Part shown: in pieces, positions 1-10,751 of the stretch
Position numbering within the stretch: the stretch's first letter is position 1
How the letters are laid out: each line of letters opens with the position of its first letter
From: Nitrospirota bacterium
GTDB taxonomy: Bacteria > Nitrospirota > UBA9217
Direction: 5' to 3'
DNA: 30,588 bases
Assembly: GCA_027456925.1 (NCBI GenBank)
Contig: DAIDTZ010000048.1
Location: forward strand, 1-30,588
The notes under the pieces: model-generated
Told to the model about the DNA's origin: nothing
Database searches by the model: none
What the model saw: the letters and a program-made list of their open reading frames with translations, nothing else
Position numbers and translations under genes: made by a program

Positions 1-313
1 CGCGCGCGTCGATTCCGTAGAATCCGCAGTCGCGAAGATCAACCGGTTCTACAGCCGCTACCACAGCATGCGTTATGTTAACGGACAGCTCGTGTTCCGC
101 ATCACGTCGCAACTCAGTACGGAGCACCTCCGGAAGCTTACGGAGCGCTTTCACGACATTCTGCTTCCGGGCGGAGAGATCGCGCCTTCCCTGGCCTTGC
201 CCGCGGAACTGGATGATGAGGACCTTGTCCATCTGCCGCGCCTTGTTATCGATTTCAATCGCAAGGATTTCGGCAGGCTCAGAAGCCTGATCGATGCCAT
301 CAATGAATTTTGA
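1..313 (+). CDS. C-terminal part of a LOG-family (long-form Rossmann-fold nucleotide-binding) protein, 5'-truncated by the window
   Basis: Frame 2 is open from base 2 (ARVDSVESAVAKINRFYSRYHSMRYV...PRLVIDFNRKDFGRLRSLIDAINEF*). The FY..YHS.RY and F.R.DFGRLR.LID motifs match my recollection of long LOG-family C-termini. Confidence 0.55.
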   Translation, partial: ARVDSVESAVAKINRFYSRYHSMRYVNGQLVFRITSQLSTEHLRKLTERFHDILLPGGEIAPSLALPAELDDEDLVHLPRLVIDFNRKDFGRLRSLIDAINEF

Positions 314-362
314 ACCTTGCGCGACGGCTAATACTTAAGCAGCACGCAGCAGAGGCTCATTC

Positions 363-390
363 TTGACTTTCCCCTTCCCGATGCTAAGCT
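363..390 (+). promoter_or_regulatory. Candidate sigma70 promoter for the molybdoenzyme operon
   Basis: TTGACT (363-368), a 16-nt spacer, then TGc-TAAGCT (extended -10, 385-390), about 100 nt upstream of ATG 488. Confidence 0.45.
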
Positions 391-487
391 AGAAGTGTGC
401 GACCGCGTATTTGGCGGTCTTTTTTCCATTTGCTCAGTTCTTTTCCTGCATTTCACCCAACCATGCCAACCAACAGGAGGTGTTTCC

Positions 488-940
488 ATGATCAATCTCA
501 ACATCAACGGCAAGGCATACCAGGTGGATGTTGCCCCGGACGTGCCGCTCGTCTGGGTCATCAGGGAGCGGCTCAAACTCACCGGCACCAAGTTCGGATG
601 CGGCATCGGCATGTGCGGTTCCTGCACAATCCATATCGACGGCAAGGCCGAGCGCTCGTGCCAGACGCCGGCAGAAAGCGCACAGGGCAAAAAGATCGTC
701 ACCATTGAAGGGCTTCCCGAGAACCATCCGGTGAAGCAGGCGTGGATCAAGGAGCAGGTCCAGCAGTGCGGCTACTGCCAGCCGGGCCAGATCATGCAGG
801 CCGCCTCGCTCCTCGCCGAGAACCCCAAGCCCAGCGAAGCCAAAATCATCGAACAGATGAACGGCAACCTCTGCCGCTGCGGCACCTACCCGAAGATCAA
901 AAGCGCCATCCGCCTCGCTTCAACAGGAGGGAAAAAATGA
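488..940 (+). CDS. (2Fe-2S)-binding small subunit of an isoquinoline-1-oxidoreductase/aldehyde oxidoreductase-type molybdoenzyme (IorA-like)
   Basis: RBS AGGAGG before ATG 488. Motifs GTKFGCGIGMCGSCTIH, RSC, QCGYCQPGQ and NLCRCGTY indicate two [2Fe-2S] centres of the xanthine oxidase family. ATGA overlap with the next gene. Confidence 0.93.
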   Translation: MINLNINGKAYQVDVAPDVPLVWVIRERLKLTGTKFGCGIGMCGSCTIHIDGKAERSCQTPAESAQGKKIVTIEGLPENHPVKQAWIKEQVQQCGYCQPGQIMQAASLLAENPKPSEAKIIEQMNGNLCRCGTYPKIKSAIRLASTGGKK

Positions 941-3099
941 AGACCGAACTCACGAGAAGACAATTCCTGAAGATGACGGGAACAGGCCTTGCCATTGCCG
1001 TTGCCGCGACATCAACCGGTTTCCGCCTTCTGTCCGCCGCCGAACTGGAGAATGCCGGTCCCGGCTTCCGGCCGAGCGTGTGGCTCGAGGTGCGGCCTGA
1101 TAATATCGTCGTCGTAACCGTAAATAAATCCGAAATGGGCCAGGGCGTGTATACGTCGCTTCCCATGATCGTTGCCGACGAACTCGATGCTGACTGGAAA
1201 AATGTCCGCATGGAAGTTGCTCCCGCGGCCGACGCCTACAAGGACCCGGCGTGGGGCACCCAGTCCACCGGCGGCAGTTCCAGCATCCGCCACATGTATG
1301 AACCGCTCCGGAAGGCCGGGGCGGCGGCGCGGGAAATGCTTCTGATCGCGGCTGCCCGCAAATGGAACGTCGCAGTCAAAGGGTGCGCTGTTGATCTGGG
1401 CAGGGTGAAAAACCTGAAGACCAACCGCATGCTCACCTACGGCAAGCTCTCCGTGGACGCGGCAAAACTTCAAGTTCCGCAGAACCCCACGCTCAAAAAA
1501 GAGAGCCAGTTCCGTTACATCGGCAAGGAAATTCCACGGCTCGACATGCATGACAAAGTGAACGGCCTGGCGCAATTCGGCATCGACTCTTTCGTGCCGG
1601 GCATGCTCTACGCCGCTATTGCGAGGCCGCCTGCCTACGGCGCAGACCTCGCTTCCGCGGACAAAGACGCTGCCCGGGCCGTGGCCGGCGTCCAGGCCGT
1701 CGTGCCGATTCAGAGCGGCATGGCGGTCTGCGCAGATACGATCGACGCAGCTTGGAAAGGCCGCGACGCCCTCAAGGCGAACTGGCAGGACCCGAAATAC
1801 CCTGCGCTCAGTAACGCATCCCTGGAAAAGGATTTTGCCGACCGGATGAACGCGAACGGCATCATTGCCCGGAACGACGGCAATGTGCAGGACGCCCTGA
1901 ACGCAGCCTCGAATAAAATCGATGTGACCTATCTTCTCCCCTACCTGTCGCACGCCACCATGGAGCCCATGAACTGCACGGTCGACGTCCGGAAGGACAG
2001 CTGCGACATATGGGCGCCGACGCAGAACCAGTCGGGCGTGCTCGCCCTGGCCGCCGAGCTCACGGGATTAAAGCCCGGGCAGATCAACGTGCATACGACG
2101 TTCCTGGGCGGCGGGTTCGGCAGACGCTTTGAGCGGGACTTCGTGGAAGAGGCGCTGCTTCTGTCCCTTTCCACGGGAAAGCCGGTCAAGCTGGTCTGGA
2201 AACGGGAGGAGGATATCCGGAACGATTTCTACCGCCCCATGAACATGAGCAGGCTTCAGGGCGCCGTCGACAAGGCGGGGCGGGCCGTTGCCTGGTCTCA
2301 CAAGATCGTCTGCCCTTCCATTTTTGCCCGCGTCTTCCCGCAGATGATGAAGGAGGGCATCGACAGCGCGGCAGTGGAAGGCGTCCGGGACCTGGAATAT
2401 GAAATCCCGAACGTCGCAGTCGAGTATATGCGCATCGACACGCCCGTACCGGTGGGCTTCTGGCGGTCCGTCGGCAGTTCGCACAACGGCTTCACGGTCG
2501 AGAGCTTCGTTGACGAACTCTCCCATGCGGCACAGAAGGACCCCCTCGAGTTCCGGCTCGGGCTGCTCAGGAACCATCCGCGTGCATACAAAGTGCTCGA
2601 AGTGGCCGCGGAAAAGGCCGGCTGGGGCAAGCCCCTCGCCCGGGGCCAGGCGCGCGGCATCGCCTACCAGCTTTCCTTCGGAAGCTATGTGGCCCAGGTT
2701 GCGGAGGTCTCGGTCAATAACAAAAGCGGCGCAATCACCGTACACAAGGTCACCTGCGCCGTGGACTGCGGGTCAACGGTGAACCCCGCCATCGTCTCGG
2801 CCCAGATGATGGGCTGCATCACCATGGGTCTCTCTGCAGCGCTCAAGGAGAAGATCGAGATCGCAAACGGCGGCATCAAGTCCGAGAACTTCGCTGATTA
2901 CGAGCTTCTGCGCATGGAAGAAGCGCCCGAGGTGGACGTCCATATCGTAAAAAGCGGAGAGCAGCTGGGCGGCATCGGCGAACCCGGCCTGCCTCCAGTC
3001 GCGCCGGCAGTGGCGAATGCGGTGTTCAAGGCAACGGGCGCGCGCATACGGCAATTGCCCATGAAGCCGGAAACCGTGCTCGCGGCGATGAAAGGCTAG
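937..3099 (+). CDS. Xanthine dehydrogenase-family molybdopterin-binding subunit (IorB-like) with twin-arginine signal
   Basis: True start is ATG 937 (RBS AGGAGG, ATGA coupling). N-terminus [12 protein letters not shown] is a Tat motif. Family motifs [34 protein letters not shown]. Confidence 0.93.
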   Translation: MKTELTRRQFLKMTGTGLAIAVAATSTGFRLLSAAELENAGPGFRPSVWLEVRPDNIVVVTVNKSEMGQGVYTSLPMIVADELDADWKNVRMEVAPAADAYKDPAWGTQSTGGSSSIRHMYEPLRKAGAAAREMLLIAAARKWNVAVKGCAVDLGRVKNLKTNRMLTYGKLSVDAAKLQVPQNPTLKKESQFRYIGKEIPRLDMHDKVNGLAQFGIDSFVPGMLYAAIARPPAYGADLASADKDAARAVAGVQAVVPIQSGMAVCADTIDAAWKGRDALKANWQDPKYPALSNASLEKDFADRMNANGIIARNDGNVQDALNAASNKIDVTYLLPYLSHATMEPMNCTVDVRKDSCDIWAPTQNQSGVLALAAELTGLKPGQINVHTTFLGGGFGRRFERDFVEEALLLSLSTGKPVKLVWKREEDIRNDFYRPMNMSRLQGAVDKAGRAVAWSHKIVCPSIFARVFPQMMKEGIDSAAVEGVRDLEYEIPNVAVEYMRIDTPVPVGFWRSVGSSHNGFTVESFVDELSHAAQKDPLEFRLGLLRNHPRAYKVLEVAAEKAGWGKPLARGQARGIAYQLSFGSYVAQVAEVSVNNKSGAITVHKVTCAVDCGSTVNPAIVSAQMMGCITMGLSAALKEKIEIANGGIKSENFADYELLRMEEAPEVDVHIVKSGEQLGGIGEPGLPPVAPAVANAVFKATGARIRQLPMKPETVLAAMKG

Positions 3100-3257
3100 G
3101 GTCCCGGGGCCCGGCTCCGAGGGTCCAAAAGAGCCGGAACAGCCTGAAAGAGTACTGATGGTCACAAGCTTTTTGCAAGACCGTTCGATCCCCTGAAAAG
3201 ACATTGGGATATCGGTGTTAGGTTTTCGCCGGACCCTGGACCCCGGCCCCTTGCCCC
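3098..3257. repeat. Intergenic inverted element of 7-nt tandem units (AGGGTCC-like)
   Basis: Left arm AGGGTCC CGGGGCC CGGCTCC G AGGGTCC (3098-3126). Right arm GGACCCT GGACCCC GGCCCCT TGCCCC (3231-3257) is the reverse complement of the same unit. Confidence 0.75.
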
Positions 3258-3281
3258 GTATTCTTTCGAATGAGGTGCTCC

Positions 3282-4124
3282 GTGCAGATCTATGAAGAAG
3301 CTCTCCGGCTCAAACGCCTTGGCCGCACTTCCGCCATTGCCACGATCGTCGAGTGCCGGGGCTCATCGCCCCAGAAGCAGGGCGCCAAGATGCTCGTTCG
3401 CGATGACGGCTCGATCCTGGGGACCCTGGGCGGCGGCTGTCTTGAAGCCGACGTGGTTACGGCTGCACGCATGTCCATGAAGGACGGCAGTCCTCTGACC
3501 CTCCCCTTCGAGCTCACGGAGAAGGAAGGCGGGCTCGTGTGCGGAGGCGCGGTCCTGGTCTACATCGAACCGATGATGCAGGAACCCCATCTCGTGATCC
3601 TCGGCGCGGGTCACGTGGGAAAGACGCTGACCAAGCTCGCGCGCTTCACCGGCTTTCGCGTGACCGTGGTCGATGACCGGCAGGAATTCGCAAACCGGGA
3701 AAACATCCCTGATGCAACAGACCTGCTCGTAAACGAGTTTTCCCGGGCCTTTGAACAGGTGCCCGTCGAGAGCGGCACGTTCATCGTCGTTGCCACGCGG
3801 GGCCATAACCACGACCTCGACGCAGTCAAGGCCGCGCTCATGACCGGGGCCTGCTATATCGGCCTTCTGGGCAGCAAGCGCAAAAAGGCCCTGCTGCATA
3901 AATCGCTTCAGGAAGCCGGGTTTTCGCAGGAGGACATCAGCCGGATCGTGATTCACGTGGGCCTTCCCGTGGGTTCCGTCACCCCCGAGGAAATTGCCGT
4001 AAGCATCATGGCGCAGATCATTCAACTGAGGAGAGCAAATGGGAAACCGCGTATCGGCGCTTCTTCTTGCGGCAGGCTCGTCCAGCAGGATGGGACGGAC
4101 CAAACAGCTTCTCCTGCTCGATAA
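3282..4124 (+). CDS. xdhC: XdhC/CoxI-family molybdenum cofactor insertion chaperone
   Basis: GTG 3282 follows GAGGT. Motifs GSSPQKQGAKML, GTLGGGCLEA, CGG, GAGHVG, TRGHNHD, YIGLLGS, TPEEIAVSI. Confidence 0.9.
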   Translation: MQIYEEALRLKRLGRTSAIATIVECRGSSPQKQGAKMLVRDDGSILGTLGGGCLEADVVTAARMSMKDGSPLTLPFELTEKEGGLVCGGAVLVYIEPMMQEPHLVILGAGHVGKTLTKLARFTGFRVTVVDDRQEFANRENIPDATDLLVNEFSRAFEQVPVESGTFIVVATRGHNHDLDAVKAALMTGACYIGLLGSKRKKALLHKSLQEAGFSQEDISRIVIHVGLPVGSVTPEEIAVSIMAQIIQLRRANGKPRIGASSCGRLVQQDGTDQTASPAR

Positions 4125-4635
4125 CAAGCCGGTCATCGGACACTGCATCGACGCTCTTTTCGCGGCCGATGTAGGCAACGTCGTAGTCGTCGTCAGCACG
4201 GCGGACAACGGGATCACCAAGACCCTCACGGGACTGCCCGTGACCATCGCGGTAAACACGTCCGCAGGCAGCGATATGGCGGAATCCGTCAGGACCGGGG
4301 TCCGGGCGCTGGATCACTCCCCTTCCGCGGTCCTCGTCTGTCTCTCCGATCACCCGCTCGTCAGTCCCCAGTCGATCATAGCCTTGATGGACATGCATGA
4401 CAGATTTCCTGATAAGATCATCATCCCCTGTTACCAAGGACGACGGGGCCACCCCGGCCTGTTCCCCAGGACGGTCCTGGATGAGATTTTTTCCGGGATC
4501 ACCCTTCGCGACATTGTCAGAAAAGAGAGCCGTCGCGTGCTGGAGCTGCCCGGTCTTGACGAAGGCGTCCTGTTCGACATGGATAGGCGAGACGATTACG
4601 AGCGCCTGGTCGAGCTCTTCGGGAGAAAAAAATGA
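4039..4635 (+). CDS. mocA: Molybdenum cofactor cytidylyltransferase (MocA-like, NTP_transf_3)
   Basis: RBS GAGGAG. Motifs LLAAGSSSRMGRTKQLL, GHPGLF, DMD. Lies next to xdhC and an MCD-type enzyme. Confidence 0.85.
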   Translation: MGNRVSALLLAAGSSSRMGRTKQLLLLDNKPVIGHCIDALFAADVGNVVVVVSTADNGITKTLTGLPVTIAVNTSAGSDMAESVRTGVRALDHSPSAVLVCLSDHPLVSPQSIIALMDMHDRFPDKIIIPCYQGRRGHPGLFPRTVLDEIFSGITLRDIVRKESRRVLELPGLDEGVLFDMDRRDDYERLVELFGRKK

Positions 4636-5372
4636 CGAGCGATCACAGGCTGTCTCCCCTTGCCCTTACGGGCCTCCTGCTTGCGCTGATTTTCGTTGCC
4701 ATGGAAGCTTTCGCGGGCTTCGGCAGCCGCTGGGGATGGTGGAATTTCATGATGGGCATCGGCATGCTGCGATGGGCCGCCTATGGCGGGCTATGCGCCG
4801 CCGTGTTCAGCGCCGTCGGGCTCGTCGTATCGTCGATGCATCACAGAGTTTTTCCAAGCGCAGTCCTGGCAATAGCCGGCATCATCCTCGGCCTCGTGAC
4901 CGCGGGCATTCCCTGGACCTGGATGGAGGCCGCCAAACGGGTCCCGCCGATCCACGACATAACGACCGATACCAGGAACCCTCCGGAGTTCAAGGCAATC
5001 CTCGCGCTCCGGAAAAACGCGCCGAACTCCGCATCATACGGCGGCGAGGAGATTGCGGCCCAGCAACTCAAGGCATACCCTGATATCCGGTCCCTGGTAA
5101 TGCCCGTATCAGCCCGTGTTGCCTTCGAAAAGGCGCTTACCGTCGCTCGCCACATGGGCTGGGATATAGTGGCCATGGCCCCGAGTGAGGGACGCATTGA
5201 AGCGGTTGACCGCACCTTTTGGTTCGGCTTCAAGGACGACATCGTCATCCGGATTTTGGCTGAAGGCGAAGGCAGCCGGGTCGACATCCGTTCCGAATCC
5301 CGGGTCGGTGTCAGCGATATCGGAACCAACGCCAAAAGGATCCGCAAATTCCTAAAGCTAATGAAGAGTTGA
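4632..5372 (+). CDS. DUF1499 domain membrane protein
   Basis: Three N-terminal hydrophobic helices followed by PPIHDITTD, IEAVDRTFWFGFKDDIVIRI and VDIRSESRVGVSDIGTNAKRI, which are typical of DUF1499. ATGA overlap with mocA. Confidence 0.85.
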   Translation: MTSDHRLSPLALTGLLLALIFVAMEAFAGFGSRWGWWNFMMGIGMLRWAAYGGLCAAVFSAVGLVVSSMHHRVFPSAVLAIAGIILGLVTAGIPWTWMEAAKRVPPIHDITTDTRNPPEFKAILALRKNAPNSASYGGEEIAAQQLKAYPDIRSLVMPVSARVAFEKALTVARHMGWDIVAMAPSEGRIEAVDRTFWFGFKDDIVIRILAEGEGSRVDIRSESRVGVSDIGTNAKRIRKFLKLMKS

Positions 5373-5570
5373 ATTCAGCGCAATTAAATATGCCGCATGT
5401 GGGATGAAACTGCTATTTATATCGATGAATAGCCATATTATACGGCAATATTTACCAATAAAGCACACAGGTGGGCTGATCATCAGCCAAAGCCTTTAAT
5501 AGGCATCCATTTCCCTTGAGGACCATTCGACTCATTAAGGTTTGCTCCCGGCATCCAGCCCGAAAATCTG

Positions 5571-5600
5571 TTGACAATAAATCAGGCCCTGTGCTATAAA
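5571..5600 (+). promoter_or_regulatory. Candidate sigma70 promoter for DUF1015-gap-pgk-tpiA-secG
   Basis: TTGACA (5571-5576), an 18-nt spacer, then TGc-TATAAA (5595-5600). Confidence 0.6.
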
Positions 5601-5653
5601 AGAGGTCTTTTGAAGCATATTTCCAGCCTGTTCACCAGCAAGGACATCGATAC

Positions 5654-6982
5654 ATGGCGACTATAGCCCCCTTTCGGGGAATGGTTTACAACCAGGCAAA
5701 AGCGGGAAAGATCCACAACCTCGTCTGTCCGCCTTACGATATCATATCGCCGGCAGAGCAGCAGGATTTGTACAGAAAAAGCCCGTACAATGTGATCCGG
5801 CTCGAATACGGACTGGCAAGCCCCGGCGACACCGAAGAAGACAACCGGTACACGAGGGCAGCGGCAATACTGGAAGACTGGTCGCGCACAAATATTCTGC
5901 AGCAGGGCGCGGAGCCGGCTTTCTACATATATGAGATGGAGTACCATGCAGGCGAGGACGTCAAGAAACTGCGCGGCTTCATCAGCCTGGTCAGGATCGA
6001 GGACTACGACTCGGGCGTAGTCAAGCCCCACGAGACGACCCTCTCCGGCCCCAAGACGGACCGCCTGAATCTCCTGCGCGCGTGCAAGGCGAGCTTCAGC
6101 CAGATTTTTTCGCTCTTCTCCGATCCGCAGGGGAAAATTTCGGGCATCCTTGCGAAGGTCGCGGGCAAGCCCGAGCTGGAAGTAAAAAGCAGCGACAATG
6201 TGGTCCACCGCGCTTGGCCCCTGAACGACAAAAACGATATCGAGACCATTGTGCGGGAAATGGCCGGCAAACAGATCTTCATCGCCGACGGTCACCACCG
6301 GTACGACACGGCTTTAAATTATCGAAACGAACGCCGCAAGGCAGCGGGTTCATCCTCTACGGGCGAGGAAGGCTACAATTACACAGCCATGTTCCTGGCC
6401 CGGCTGGAAGATCCGGGGCTCACGATTCTTCCTGCGCACCGCGTTCTGTTCAACCTGGCGAACTTCGATCCGCGGCGCTTCGAGGACGACCTGAACCGGT
6501 ACTTCAACATCGAGCGTATTGATTTCGACAAAAGGTCCGAAGCCAAGGATTTGCACACGGTCCTGGACACCATGGCACACCGCGCGGATCATGCCCATGT
6601 CTTCGGCATGCGGGTCAAGGGAGAACACAGTTACTACCTCCTCTCGCTGCGGAACGAAGCGGACATGGATGCGCTGCTCCCGTCCAAGTCTCCCGCGTAC
6701 CGGAGGCTGGACGTCTCGATTCTCCATCACCTGATCATCGACAGGCTCCTGGGGATCAAGATGGAAACGCACAAGCTGGGGCTCAACATCGAATACATCA
6801 AGGACGCTGCTGAGGCGGACAAGCGGGTCCACGACGACGCCGTGGAACTGGTCTTTTTCATGAACCCCACCAAGGTGCAGGAAGTGAAGGATGTGGCAAC
6901 AGTCGGCGAACGGATGCCGCAGAAAGCGACGTACTTCTACCCCAAGCTGCTGACGGGGCTGGTGATACATAAGCTGGACTAA
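5654..6982 (+). CDS. DUF1015 family protein (ParB/Srx-like fold)
   Basis: Motifs PFRG, PPYDII, SPYNVIRL, VKPHETT, IFIADGHHRYDTA and MPQKATYFYPKLLTGL. Confidence 0.9.
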   Translation: MATIAPFRGMVYNQAKAGKIHNLVCPPYDIISPAEQQDLYRKSPYNVIRLEYGLASPGDTEEDNRYTRAAAILEDWSRTNILQQGAEPAFYIYEMEYHAGEDVKKLRGFISLVRIEDYDSGVVKPHETTLSGPKTDRLNLLRACKASFSQIFSLFSDPQGKISGILAKVAGKPELEVKSSDNVVHRAWPLNDKNDIETIVREMAGKQIFIADGHHRYDTALNYRNERRKAAGSSSTGEEGYNYTAMFLARLEDPGLTILPAHRVLFNLANFDPRRFEDDLNRYFNIERIDFDKRSEAKDLHTVLDTMAHRADHAHVFGMRVKGEHSYYLLSLRNEADMDALLPSKSPAYRRLDVSILHHLIIDRLLGIKMETHKLGLNIEYIKDAAEADKRVHDDAVELVFFMNPTKVQEVKDVATVGERMPQKATYFYPKLLTGLVIHKLD

Positions 6983-7062
6983 GGGTCAAGGGGCAGGGGT
7001 CATGGGTCACGGGAGTCCGCAGGCTGGATTTTTCTTGACCCTTGCCCCTTGACCCTTGCCCC
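6981..7062. repeat. Intergenic inverted element of 7-nt tandem units (AAGGGTC/AAGGGGC)
   Basis: Left arm AAGGGTC AAGGGGC AGGGGTC ATGGGTC ACGGG (6981-7013). Right arm TTGACCC TTGCCCC TTGACCC TTGCCCC (7035-7062). Confidence 0.85.
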
Positions 7063-7072
7063 TCGAATTTAA

Positions 7073-8098
<1,026 letters not shown>

Positions 8099-8106
8099 AT
8101 GAATTG

Positions 8107-8187
8107 GCCACAGAGGCACTGAGACACAGAGACCCGGGTTTCATGATTTAAAACAAGACAAACTCTGCGCCTCCCTGTCTACGTGGC
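8107..8187. repeat. Intergenic inverted element of 8-nt tandem units (NCACAGAG)
   Basis: Left arm G CCACAGAG GCACTGAG ACACAGAG (8107-8131). Right arm CTCTGCGC CTCCCTGT CTACGTGG C (8163-8187). Terminal GCCAC pairs with GTGGC. Confidence 0.75.
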
Positions 8188-8210
8188 AGATTTTGGAGTT
8201 TCATTAATTA

Positions 8211-9404
8211 ATGGATAAAAAAACCATCGAAAAAGTCGACCTGAAGAACAAGCGGGTCTTCATCCGCGCCGACTTCAACGTGCCGCTCGACGACAACGGC
8301 AACATCACCGACGACGGCAGGATCCGTTCGACGCTTCCCACCATCAACTACGCCCTCGATGCAGGCGCCAAGGTGATCCTGGCCTCGCACCTGGGACGGC
8401 CCAAAGGCAAACCGAGTCCCAAATACAGCCTGGCCCCGGTGGCCCTGCGGCTGCACCGTCTCCTGAACAAGGAAGTGACATTCGCCAAGGACTGCATCGG
8501 CCCGGACGTGGAACACCTGGTCGCCGGCATGCGGCCCGGCGATGTGCTGCTGCTCGAGAACCTCCGGTTCCACGAAGAAGAAGAAAAGAACGACGAAGGT
8601 TTTTCGAAGGCCCTCGCTGCCTTCACCGATGTATATGTGGACGACGCCTTCGGCACGGCGCACCGCGCCCATGCCTCCACCTACGGTATCACCAAGTTCG
8701 TTAAACAGTCCGTAGCGGGATTTCTCATGAAGAAGGAAATCGATTATCTGCAAAAAGCCGTTGCGAATCCCGTGCGGCCCTTCGTTGCGATCCTGGGCGG
8801 CGCCAAGGTTTCGGGGAAAATCGGGGTGATCGAGAACCTCAAGAACAAAGTGGACAAAGTGATCGTCGGCGGCGCCATGGCCTTTACCTTCAATAAGGCC
8901 TGGGGCGACGAAGTCGGAAACTCGCTGGTCGAGCCGGACATGATCGAGACTGCCATGCGCATCAGAAATAGCGCCCGCGAAAAGGGCGTCAAATTCTATC
9001 TGCCAGTGGATTTCGTGGTGGCCGAGAATATGAATGACGGGGCTGAGACAAAAATCGTCACGTCCCAGGAGATCCCGAAGGGCTGGGTGGGCCTCGACAT
9101 CGGCCCGGCAACGGTCCGGCTCTTTGCCGAGGCGATCCAGGACGCCAAGACCATCATCTGGAACTGTCCCATTGGCATGTTCGAAAAGGACGCTTATTCC
9201 CGCGGCACCTTCGCCGTGGCCCGCGCGGTCGCTGATGCCTATGCGACCACCATCGTCGGCGGCGGCGACACGGACGTGGCCGTGCACAAGGCCGGCGTGT
9301 CCTACAGCATCACCTTCATCTCCACCGGCGGCGGCGCGTCGCTGGAGCTGCTCGAAGGCAAGGAACTGCCGGGCCTAGCGGCGCTTACCGACGATAAAGA
9401 ATAA
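8211..9404 (+). CDS. pgk: Phosphoglycerate kinase
   Basis: [48 protein letters not shown]. Confidence 0.98.
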   Translation: MDKKTIEKVDLKNKRVFIRADFNVPLDDNGNITDDGRIRSTLPTINYALDAGAKVILASHLGRPKGKPSPKYSLAPVALRLHRLLNKEVTFAKDCIGPDVEHLVAGMRPGDVLLLENLRFHEEEEKNDEGFSKALAAFTDVYVDDAFGTAHRAHASTYGITKFVKQSVAGFLMKKEIDYLQKAVANPVRPFVAILGGAKVSGKIGVIENLKNKVDKVIVGGAMAFTFNKAWGDEVGNSLVEPDMIETAMRIRNSAREKGVKFYLPVDFVVAENMNDGAETKIVTSQEIPKGWVGLDIGPATVRLFAEAIQDAKTIIWNCPIGMFEKDAYSRGTFAVARAVADAYATTIVGGGDTDVAVHKAGVSYSITFISTGGGASLELLEGKELPGLAALTDDKE

Positions 9405-9413
9405 AACAATTTT

Positions 9414-9465
9414 TCTCGCAGGGACGCTGAGAATAATTCTCCGCGTCCTCCGCGACTCCGCGAGA
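9414..9465. repeat. Intergenic inverted element of 8/9-nt units (CTCCGCGA)
   Basis: Left arm TCTCGCAGG GACGCTGAG AAT. Right arm ATT CTCCGCGTC CTCCGCGA CTCCGCGA GA. Terminal TCTCGC pairs with GCGAGA. Confidence 0.75.
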
Positions 9466-9480
9466 GACAAGGGGTTTCTC

Positions 9481-10242
9481 ATGAATCCGAAAAGAAGGCC
9501 TATCATAGCGGGCAACTGGAAAATGAACAAGACCACCGTCGAAGCATGCGAACTCGTTCGCAAGATCGCTTATGCGGTGATCAACACCAAGGATCGTGAC
9601 GTCGTGGTTGCGCCTCCCTTCACCGCCATTCCCGGCATAATTGACGTCATCCGGGACACGAACATCGGACTTGCCGCCCAGAACATGCATTGGGAGGACA
9701 AAGGCGCCTTTACCGGCGAGATTTCCGCTGAAATGCTGTTGGATTTGGGCTGCAAGTATGTTATCATAGGCCACAGTGAACGCCGTCAGTACTTCGGTGA
9801 AACCGACGGGACGGTGAACAAAAAGATCCGGCAGGCCCTGAACAAGGGACTGCTGCCGATCGTCTGTGTCGGAGAACTCCTGAGCGAACGCGAAGCCGGC
9901 AAAGCGAACGAAGTGATCGAACGACAGGTCATGGGCGCGTTCAAGGGCGTGACTGCCGCTGAAATGCAGAAGATCGTCATTGCCTATGAACCGGTCTGGG
10001 CAATCGGCACCGGTAAGACCGCCACACCGGACCAGGCGAACGAGATCCACGCATTCATCCGCGGGAAGGTGAAGGCGGCGTACAACGCCGACGTCGCCGA
10101 GGGCCTTCGCATCCAGTACGGCGGGAGCGTAACGCCCGATAATGTATCTCAGCTCATGGCGAAACCCGACATTGACGGCGCACTGGTGGGCGGCGCAAGT
10201 TTGAAGCCCGAATCGTTTGCGGCACTGGTGAACTTCAAGTAA
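9481..10242 (+). CDS. tpiA: Triosephosphate isomerase
   Basis: IAGNWKMN, GHSERR, AYEPVWAIGTG, YGGSV, LVGGASL. Confidence 0.98.
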   Translation: MNPKRRPIIAGNWKMNKTTVEACELVRKIAYAVINTKDRDVVVAPPFTAIPGIIDVIRDTNIGLAAQNMHWEDKGAFTGEISAEMLLDLGCKYVIIGHSERRQYFGETDGTVNKKIRQALNKGLLPIVCVGELLSEREAGKANEVIERQVMGAFKGVTAAEMQKIVIAYEPVWAIGTGKTATPDQANEIHAFIRGKVKAAYNADVAEGLRIQYGGSVTPDNVSQLMAKPDIDGALVGGASLKPESFAALVNFK

Positions 10243-10253
10243 AACCTTTTATC

Positions 10254-10337
10254 ACCGCAGAGAACGCAGAGACCGCAGAGTTTTACATTTTGAATTACTT
10301 ATGTGAATCTTTCTCGACGTTCTCCGTGATCTGCAGT
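10254..10337. repeat. Intergenic inverted element of 9-nt tandem units (ACCGCAGAG)
   Basis: Left arm ACCGCAGAG AACGCAGAG ACCGCAGAG (10254-10280). Degenerate right arm CTCGACGTT CTCCGTGAT CTGCAGT (10313-10337). Confidence 0.7.
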
Positions 10338-10363
10338 TTAGGAATATCTTCAAGGAGGCAACA

Positions 10364-10687
10364 ATGCGTATTTTTTTAGTATCACTTCATGTCATAGTGT
10401 CCGGCATCCTGATCGGGATAGTGCTCTTGCAAAAGGGTAAAGGCGCTGATATCGGCGCGGCATTCGGCGGCGCGTCCCAGACCGTGTTCGGCCCGCGCGG
10501 AACGCAAAGCGTCCTGTCAAAGGTCACCACAACGGCGGCGGTCATTTTCATGATCACGTCGCTCAGTCTCGCGCTCTCGTCAAGCCATCGGAGTTCGGTC
10601 ATGGAGAACCTGAAGCAGGACCAGGCAGCTCCGGCTGTTCCGCTCGCACCGCCTGCTCCGGTTCAGGCGCCGACGCCGACAAAATAG
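10364..10687 (+). CDS. secG: Preprotein translocase subunit SecG
   Basis: Two TM segments around [16 protein letters not shown]; usual position after tpiA; RBS AAGGAGG. Confidence 0.95.
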   Translation: MRIFLVSLHVIVSGILIGIVLLQKGKGADIGAAFGGASQTVFGPRGTQSVLSKVTTTAAVIFMITSLSLALSSSHRSSVMENLKQDQAAPAVPLAPPAPVQAPTPTK

Positions 10688-10721
10688 TTGGCATGCAGTC
10701 GTGACCGTTCCACGGACTCAC

Positions 10722-10751
10722 AGGGTAGGCGTTGCCTACCCTTTTGTTTTT
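10722..10751 (+). terminator. Rho-independent terminator after secG
   Basis: Perfect 9-bp stem AGGGTAGGC-GTT-GCCTACCCT followed by TTTGTTTTT. Confidence 0.85.

Noticed and set aside
3127-3230. Moco riboswitch between the Mo enzyme and xdhC
   Set aside because: I cannot find the motif's conserved stems; the region is explained by the heptamer element and its spacer.
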